Below, piece after piece: positions 26,739-32,000 of a stretch of 32,000 nucleotides of DNA. Origin of the DNA: Phycisphaera mikurensis NBRC 102666. GTDB lineage: Bacteria > Planctomycetota > Phycisphaerae > Phycisphaerales > Phycisphaeraceae. The notes under the pieces were generated by a model. The model saw only the letters and a program-made list of their open reading frames with translations. It did no database searches and had not been told where the DNA came from. The position numbers and the translations under genes are program-made. The stretch lies in the NCBI RefSeq assembly GCF_000284115.1, contig NC_017080.1:1800001-1832000 (forward strand), given 5' to 3'. Each line of letters begins with the position of its first letter. Position 1 is the first letter of the stretch.

Positions 26739-27839
26739 CTAACCCACCTCGCGCCGCTGGAACAACGCCACCGCCGCCCCGAGCAACGCGACCGTGTACA
26801 GCAACGCGTACCCGCTGACGCTGAGGATCGGCGCCAAGGTGAAGCGCCCGGAGAGGTCTTCGATCATCGAGTTCCCCTGGCTGATCGCGTCGGCGGGCCA
26901 GAAGAACTGGAGGTTGGGCAGCGCGAGGTAGACCAGCTTCGCCAGCGTGTAAACGGGCTTGAGGCCGATGCCGATGTCGGCGTTCCACACGGCGATGAGG
27001 CTCTCGAAAACCCCCACGCCCGGCGGCAGCGAGAGCCGCTGATCCACCCAGCCGGACAGCGCACCCGCGATGAGCCCCGCGAAGAAGACGCCCAGCGCGA
27101 TCAGCAGCGTGGGCAGCTGGCCCAGCCGGGTGGAGAGCGCGACGCACAGCGCCGTCAGCACGACCACCGCCTCGAAGAGCAGGAACAGCCCCAGCAGCAC
27201 CTGCCCCACCTGGCCGCCGTCGCGGGTCAGCTCCGCCAGCGGCGGCTGCAGCCCCCACTGCGGCGTCAGCACCGAGACGCCGAGCACCGCGAGCACCTGC
27301 GTCAGGCACAGAAGTGCCACGAAGGTCGAGGTGAACGACCGGCGGTAGAGGTAGTTGCCCGCCGCCGCGAGCAGCAGCGCGAGGAGAGCCCCGCCCACGC
27401 CCAGCGTCAGCACCGGGCCGTCGAGGTGGTCCGAGGCGTTCTGCATCACCCGGTGCCGCAGCGACAAAGTGAAGATGCACGAGAGCGTGGCGTGGGCCAC
27501 GCCGATCGCGGCGGTCACGCCCAGGAACTTCGCGAGCACGAACAGCGGCCGGGGCACCGGCTTGCTCACGACGGTCAGCACCGTCTTGGCCTCGATCTCC
27601 TCGGCGACGACGCCGGTGGCGGTGAAGGCGGCGAGCAGCAGGCCCACGAGCAGCACCGTGGAGAGGCCCAGGTCGATCAGGATCTTGTTGTCGCCGCGGC
27701 CGGGCTCCATCGAGTAGGCCGCCAGGAAGACGTTGAGCACCAGGCCCAGCGCACCGATGAGCACCAGCACGGTGAACACCGGCTGGCGGATCGCCTCCGT
27801 GAAGGTGTTGCCGGAGATGGTCAGCGCTTGGCGGAACAT
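26739..27839 (-). CDS. ABC-2 type transporter permease protein
   Basis: 366 aa. 'MFRQALTISGNTFTEAIRQPVFTVLVLIGALGLVL', 'GLSTVLLVGLLLAAFTATGVVAEEIEAKTVLTVVSKPVPRPLFVLAKFLGV'. No paired ATPase is adjacent. Confidence 0.82.
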   Translation of the reverse strand: MFRQALTISGNTFTEAIRQPVFTVLVLIGALGLVLNVFLAAYSMEPGRGDNKILIDLGLSTVLLVGLLLAAFTATGVVAEEIEAKTVLTVVSKPVPRPLFVLAKFLGVTAAIGVAHATLSCIFTLSLRHRVMQNASDHLDGPVLTLGVGGALLALLLAAAGNYLYRRSFTSTFVALLCLTQVLAVLGVSVLTPQWGLQPPLAELTRDGGQVGQVLLGLFLLFEAVVVLTALCVALSTRLGQLPTLLIALGVFFAGLIAGALSGWVDQRLSLPPGVGVFESLIAVWNADIGIGLKPVYTLAKLVYLALPNLQFFWPADAISQGNSMIEDLSGRFTLAPILSVSGYALLYTVALLGAAVALFQRREVG

Positions 27840-27943
27840 GGGGTCGCGAGCGTATCGAGGGCGCTCCCGGGCCGGCCCCGGGCGGCCTGCAGACGGGCGT
27901 GCGGGACGTGGCCCAGCGGGCTGCGCCAGCAGTCTCTAGGCCA

Positions 27944-28810
27944 TCAGGCCGGACCCGCCGCCGCCGCCTCCCAGGCCGTGCGGGCCAGCGCCGCCAGCGT
28001 GAGCAGCAGGCACAGCAGCACGGCGATGACCTGCCCGGGCGGGAGGTCGAAGTCGTAGGCGAGGTACAGCCCGAGCAAGCCGCAGCCCACCGCGACCGCC
28101 GGGGCGGCGACCAGCAGATCCCGCACGCGGCCGCTGAACTGCTTGGCGATCATCACCGGCAGCGCCAGCACCGCGAAGGCGTAGAGCACACCGGTGGAAC
28201 GGACGGCCAGGCCCAGCGTGAGCCCGCAGGCGACCGCCAAGCCCAGGTTCCACGCCCACAGCCTCAGGCCGATGGCCGCGGCGAGCACGGGGTCGGTCAG
28301 CACCAGCACCAGCGCGCGGTGGCGGACCAGCAGGAAGGCCGCGGCCGCGATCAGCAGCACCGCCAGCGCGACCACGTCCGGCGTGCTGGCGCCGATGACC
28401 GAGGAGGCCTGCAGCCGGCGCAGCTGCTCCATCCCCGCCGGCGCACCCGAAAGCGCCAACACCGAGCCCGCGCCGCCGAGGATGAAGACCGCCGCGGTGA
28501 GCTCGTCGGCGTCGAGACGCGAGCCCTCCCGCAGGCCGGCGCCGCCGAGCATCGTGAGCGCCGCGGCGAGCACTGCGGCCGCCACGCTCAGCGCGTCCCG
28601 CAGCGCCAGGGAGAGGCCGCTGATCACGCTGCCGCCGGCGAAGAGGCCGAAGAGGGCGTAGCCGAGCGTGGAGGCCTGCGCCACCGCGGCCGCGACGAAG
28701 ACCTGCCGCCGGGCCGCCGCCACCACGCCCACCAGCGAGAGCAGCGCCGCCGCCGTCAGCGTCAGGAGGTACGGCCGCAGGAACAGCGGCCACGAGGCGA
28801 GAAAATCCAT
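27944..28810 (-). CDS. Metal (probably Zn or Mn) ABC transporter permease, ZnuB-like
   Basis: 288 aa ABC-3 family. 'AVAQASTLGYALFGLFAGG', 'DADELTAAVFILGGAGSVLAL', 'LGLAVRSTGVLYAFAVLALPVMIAKQFSGRVRDLLVAAPAVAV'. Confidence 0.88.
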   Translation of the reverse strand: MDFLASWPLFLRPYLLTLTAAALLSLVGVVAAARRQVFVAAAVAQASTLGYALFGLFAGGSVISGLSLALRDALSVAAAVLAAALTMLGGAGLREGSRLDADELTAAVFILGGAGSVLALSGAPAGMEQLRRLQASSVIGASTPDVVALAVLLIAAAAFLLVRHRALVLVLTDPVLAAAIGLRLWAWNLGLAVACGLTLGLAVRSTGVLYAFAVLALPVMIAKQFSGRVRDLLVAAPAVAVGCGLLGLYLAYDFDLPPGQVIAVLLCLLLTLAALARTAWEAAAAGPA

Positions 28811-29685
28811 CACGGGGCCGCGTTCTCCACGGGAGCCGGCCGGGCCGGCGGCGGGAGCTCCGGGACGCTCACCGCCGCGGCGGCCGCGGCGGATCCGGCC
28901 GCCGCGTCGACCTCCACGCCGGCCGCGGCCACGCCGAAGGTCGCCGCGAGGCGCTCCTCGGTGAGCAGCTCCCCGGCGGGCCCGGCGGCGACGGCCCCGC
29001 CGCGGAAGAGCGCCGCGTGGGTGGCGTGCCGCTTCGCGGTCTCCAGCTCGTGGGTGACCAGGACGATCGTGACGCCCCAGGTCTGGTGGAGGTCCCGCAG
29101 CACGGCCAGCACCGACGCAGCGGCGGAGAAGTCCAGCCCGGCGACGGGCTCGTCGAGCACCAGCAGCCGTGGGTCGCGGACCAGGGCGCGGGCGACCATC
29201 GCCCGCTGCCGTTGGCCGCCGGAGAGCGTCCAGAAGTTGCGGCGAGCCGCGGAGGCGAGGCCCACCAGCGCCAGCGCCCGCCGGAGGCGACCGGCGCGGC
29301 GGGCGGCGTCGGCCCGGACGCCGACCAGCCCGCCTCCCACGAACTCCAGCACGGACGTGGGCAGCACCGGGTTGGACTCGCAGCGCTGCGGCACGTAGCT
29401 CACGCGCCCGCGGCGGAAGACCGCGGGCTCGCGGTGCAGCTGGCCCCGCCGCGGGCGCAGCGCCCCCAGCAGGGTCTTCACCAGCGTGGTCTTGCCCTCG
29501 CCGTTGGGTCCCAGCAGGCACCAGAACTCGCCCGCCCGCACCTGGAGGTTCACGCCGCGAAGCACGACCTTGCCGCCGTAGCCCAGCGAGGCGTCGCGGA
29601 GGCCGAACAGCAGCGTGTCGGCCTCGACCTCGGGGTCGCCGCTTTGCCGCGTCGGCGCGGCCGCGGGGGAAGCCGTCGCGATCAC
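28810..29685 (-). CDS. Metal ABC transporter ATP-binding protein, ZnuC-like
   Basis: 291 aa. Walker A 'GPNGEGKTTL', 'VSYVPQRCESNPVLPTSVLEFV', signature 'LSGGQRQRAMVARAL', Walker B 'LLVLDEPVAGLD'. GTG start overlaps the upstream stop (GTGA). Confidence 0.93.
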   Translation of the reverse strand: MIATASPAAAPTRQSGDPEVEADTLLFGLRDASLGYGGKVVLRGVNLQVRAGEFWCLLGPNGEGKTTLVKTLLGALRPRRGQLHREPAVFRRGRVSYVPQRCESNPVLPTSVLEFVGGGLVGVRADAARRAGRLRRALALVGLASAARRNFWTLSGGQRQRAMVARALVRDPRLLVLDEPVAGLDFSAAASVLAVLRDLHQTWGVTIVLVTHELETAKRHATHAALFRGGAVAAGPAGELLTEERLAATFGVAAAGVEVDAAAGSAAAAAAVSVPELPPPARPAPVENAAP

Positions 29686-30794
29686 GGGCGGGCCTCCGGG
29701 CCGTACGCCCGCCGCAGCGCCGCGAGCAGCTCGCCGGCGTTGTGGTTCACGAACTCCAGGTAGCTGCCCGTGCCCTCGCGCCCGCCGGGCTGGTTCGCGA
29801 GCTCGGCTTGCACGGCACCGGTCGCCTCGCTCACGAAGCGGGCGTGCCGCGGATCGAAGTACTGCACCGAGAGGATGACCCGGCAGCCCGCCTCCTTCAT
29901 CTCCGCGACGAGACCGGCGAGGTGCGGGGCGGTGGGCGGAAGCCCCGGCTCGGGCTCCATGTAGCCGAGCACCCGGATGCCGTACCGGCGGGCGAAGTAG
30001 GGCCAGAGGTCGTGGTCGCCGATGGCGGTGCGGTTCTGGAACGGCTCGTACGCGGCCAGCCAGCCGCCGAACCGCGGAGGGGGCCCGCCCGCCGAGCCCT
30101 CGGCGGATCCGTGCTCGCGGAGGTGCGCCGCGAGTTCGCCCCGCTCGATGGCGATGCACAGCGCTTCGAAATCCTCCGGCCCGTGGGCGGCGGCCATCTC
30201 CGCGCCCAGCATCGCGGCCATCACCTCCCCGGCGAAGCCGCGGTAGCGGGCCCTGAATCCGTCCTCCTCCTCAGGCCGCAGCGCCGAGAGCCGGTCGGCG
30301 ATGGCGGCGGCGGCCTTCACGCCCTCCACCGGGTCGGCGAGGAAGTGCGGGTTGTCCTCGGGGTGGAAGGAGCCGGGCACCCCGCGGCCCTCTGGCCCGG
30401 CGACGGTGCGCAGGTTCGAGGAAAGGTCCAGCCGCCGCTGCCCCTCGCCGACGAAGTCGGCCCGGCCGGCCGTGGCGAGCATCCCCGGCAGCCACGCCTG
30501 CTCGAGCCCGAGGCCGACGACGACCAGGAGGTCCGCCCGGGCCAGCGCCTCGATCATCGAGCGGGTCGGCTCGACCACGTGCGGGTCGTCGGGGCCGGCC
30601 ACGAAGCCGGTGACCTCCACCGCGTCGCCGCCCACCACCTCCACGAGAGCGCGGGCGTCGGTGGCCGTCGCGCACACCCGCAGCGGCTCAGCGCGCGCGC
30701 GGGTCTCGGCGGTGACGAGCCCGACGAGCAGGGCGAGAAGCGTCGCTCGGAGGCGAGAGGAGGAGATGGAGCGTGAAGTCTGGGTTTCGGGCAT
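29682..30794 (-). CDS. Metal ABC transporter substrate-binding protein, ZnuA/TroA-like
   Basis: 370 aa with signal peptide. Candidate metal-ligand His motifs 'GPDDPHVVEPTRSMI', 'DNPHFLADPVEGVKAAAAI' and 'IGDHDLWPYFARRYGIRVLG'. Confidence 0.88.
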   Translation of the reverse strand: MPETQTSRSISSSRLRATLLALLVGLVTAETRARAEPLRVCATATDARALVEVVGGDAVEVTGFVAGPDDPHVVEPTRSMIEALARADLLVVVGLGLEQAWLPGMLATAGRADFVGEGQRRLDLSSNLRTVAGPEGRGVPGSFHPEDNPHFLADPVEGVKAAAAIADRLSALRPEEEDGFRARYRGFAGEVMAAMLGAEMAAAHGPEDFEALCIAIERGELAAHLREHGSAEGSAGGPPPRFGGWLAAYEPFQNRTAIGDHDLWPYFARRYGIRVLGYMEPEPGLPPTAPHLAGLVAEMKEAGCRVILSVQYFDPRHARFVSEATGAVQAELANQPGGREGTGSYLEFVNHNAGELLAALRRAYGPEARP

Positions 30795-30853
30795 GGTCGA
30801 GCGGGCTCGCGGGTGGAACGGAGTCGGTGTCGTCTGAGGCATCACCGGGGCGG

Positions 30854-32000
30854 TCAGCCGCCCGGGGCGGAGGCACCGCGGAGCGGGGCGTCCGCGGACG
30901 GAGCACGTGCCGCCGCCACCGGCTCCGCCGGCTGGCTTTCGGCGCCGGCGGGCTCCGCGGGGCCATCGTCGAGCCCGGCCGGCTGGTCCCAATCCGGCAG
31001 CGGGTCCGGGAAGCGCATCCAGGCCTCGGGCCCGCCGGCGTGCTCGGCATCGGTGAGCAGGCAGCCGTCGAGCGCGTCGCGGATCGCCCGCTCGTCCATG
31101 CCCACGCCGATGAAGACCAGCTCCTGCCGGCAGTCCCCGCCGATCTCGTCGTCCCACCGCTGGGCGACCCAAGCGAGCAGCTCGGGGTCGTCCGGCCACT
31201 GCTCCCGCGGGATGGAGGCGAACCAGTACCCGGCTCTCTCGATGCCGAAGGTCCGGCCCGCGGTGTGCCAGGCGGTGCAGTACTGCGGCCGCGTCGCCAG
31301 CCAGGCGTAGCCCTTGCTACGGATCACGTCCCGCATGACCCCGCCGCCCGCCGCCGCGAGGAGGCGCTCCGGGTGAAACGGGCGGCGAGCCCGGTACACG
31401 AAGCTGGAGATCCCGTACTCCTCAGTCTCGGGCACGTGGTGGCCGTTGAGCTCCTGGAGCCAGCCGGGCATCTCGCTGGCCGCCTCCTCGTCGTAGAGCC
31501 CCGTGCCGAGCAGCGCGCCCGGAGCGACCCGGCCGCGGTCGGCGTGGAGGATCCGCGCGGTGGGGTTGAGCTTCCGGAGCACCCCGTCGAGGCAGCCGAG
31601 CACCTCCTCGGTCGCGTCGGACGCCTTGTTGACGACGATCACGTTGGCGAACTCCACCTGGTCGGTCAGCAGGTGGACCAGCGTCCGCTGGTCGTCCTGC
31701 CCGAGCGATTGCTCCCGGTCGCGGAGGCCGTCGAGGCTGTCGTAGTCCTCGAAGAAGTTCAGCGCGTCCACGACGGTGACCATCGTGTCCAGCTCGGCGA
31801 CGTCGGCGAGGCTGCGTCCGTCCTCGTCGCGGAAGCTGAAGGTCGCCGCCACGGGCATCGGCTCGCTGATGCCGGTGCTCTCGATGAGCAGGTGGTCGAA
31901 GCGACCGCTGCGGGCGAGCTGGTCGACTTCCACGATGAGGTCCTCCCGCAGCGTGCAGCAGATGCAGCCATTGGAGAGCTCCACCATCTTCTCCTCGGTC
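30854..32000 (-). CDS. COG0523/CobW-family GTPase (putative zinc metallochaperone), N-terminus outside window
   Basis: 'MVELSNGCICCTLREDLIVEV', 'FDHLLIESTGISEPMPVA', 'MVTVVDALNF', 'VIVVNKASD', and C-terminal 'GISSFVYRARRPFHPERLL'. Confidence 0.93.
   Translation of the reverse strand, partial: TEEKMVELSNGCICCTLREDLIVEVDQLARSGRFDHLLIESTGISEPMPVAATFSFRDEDGRSLADVAELDTMVTVVDALNFFEDYDSLDGLRDREQSLGQDDQRTLVHLLTDQVEFANVIVVNKASDATEEVLGCLDGVLRKLNPTARILHADRGRVAPGALLGTGLYDEEAASEMPGWLQELNGHHVPETEEYGISSFVYRARRPFHPERLLAAAGGGVMRDVIRSKGYAWLATRPQYCTAWHTAGRTFGIERAGYWFASIPREQWPDDPELLAWVAQRWDDEIGGDCRQELVFIGVGMDERAIRDALDGCLLTDAEHAGGPEAWMRFPDPLPDWDQPAGLDDGPAEPAGAESQPAEPVAAARAPSADAPLRGASAPGG

Noticed and set aside
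30889-30900. CGTCCGCGGACG palindrome near the end of the COG0523 gene
   Set aside because: Only 12 bp in total with no spacer and no extended arms. This is expected by chance in GC-rich sequence, so it is not included in the palindrome family.

Overview
This is a GC-rich bacterial chromosome segment. Gene content and protein style suggest the Planctomycetes/Phycisphaerae group, but that is inference. Most of it reads as ordinary housekeeping sequence. On the minus strand: an S41 C-terminal processing peptidase, clpX, a small SHOCT-like membrane protein, tig (trigger factor), a DUF2254 membrane protein, an MprF-like flippase with a short C-terminal domain, mnmE and yidC. A compact nuoJ-K-L-M-N block ends in a coupled SGNH hydrolase. 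It is followed by a DUF456 protein, an orphan ABC-2 type permease and a znuABC-like metal transporter behind a COG0523/CobW GTPase that carries the GCICC motif. On the plus strand: a partial 5' CDS, a DUF2959-like lipoprotein, a PTPS/QueD-like protein, a secreted hypothetical protein and a small conserved hypothetical protein. I found no CRISPR array, transposase, rRNA, tRNA or obvious defence system. The most interesting signals are non-coding or structural: (1) several long GC palindromes sharing the core CCGCGGACCG, with 17-bp, 15-bp and 12-bp perfect arms, two of them inside genes (mnmE, nuoM); (2) a 48-bp tandem repeat made of two palindromes that supplies the stop codon of the PTPS-like gene; (3) a hairpin plus T9 tract directly upstream of a secreted-protein gene. 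Several proteins also deviate from family norms: MprF with a short synthetase domain, MnmE with a compact G domain, PTPS lacking the usual Cys and His, and clpX without clpP beside tig. I did not find a convincing new multi-gene system.
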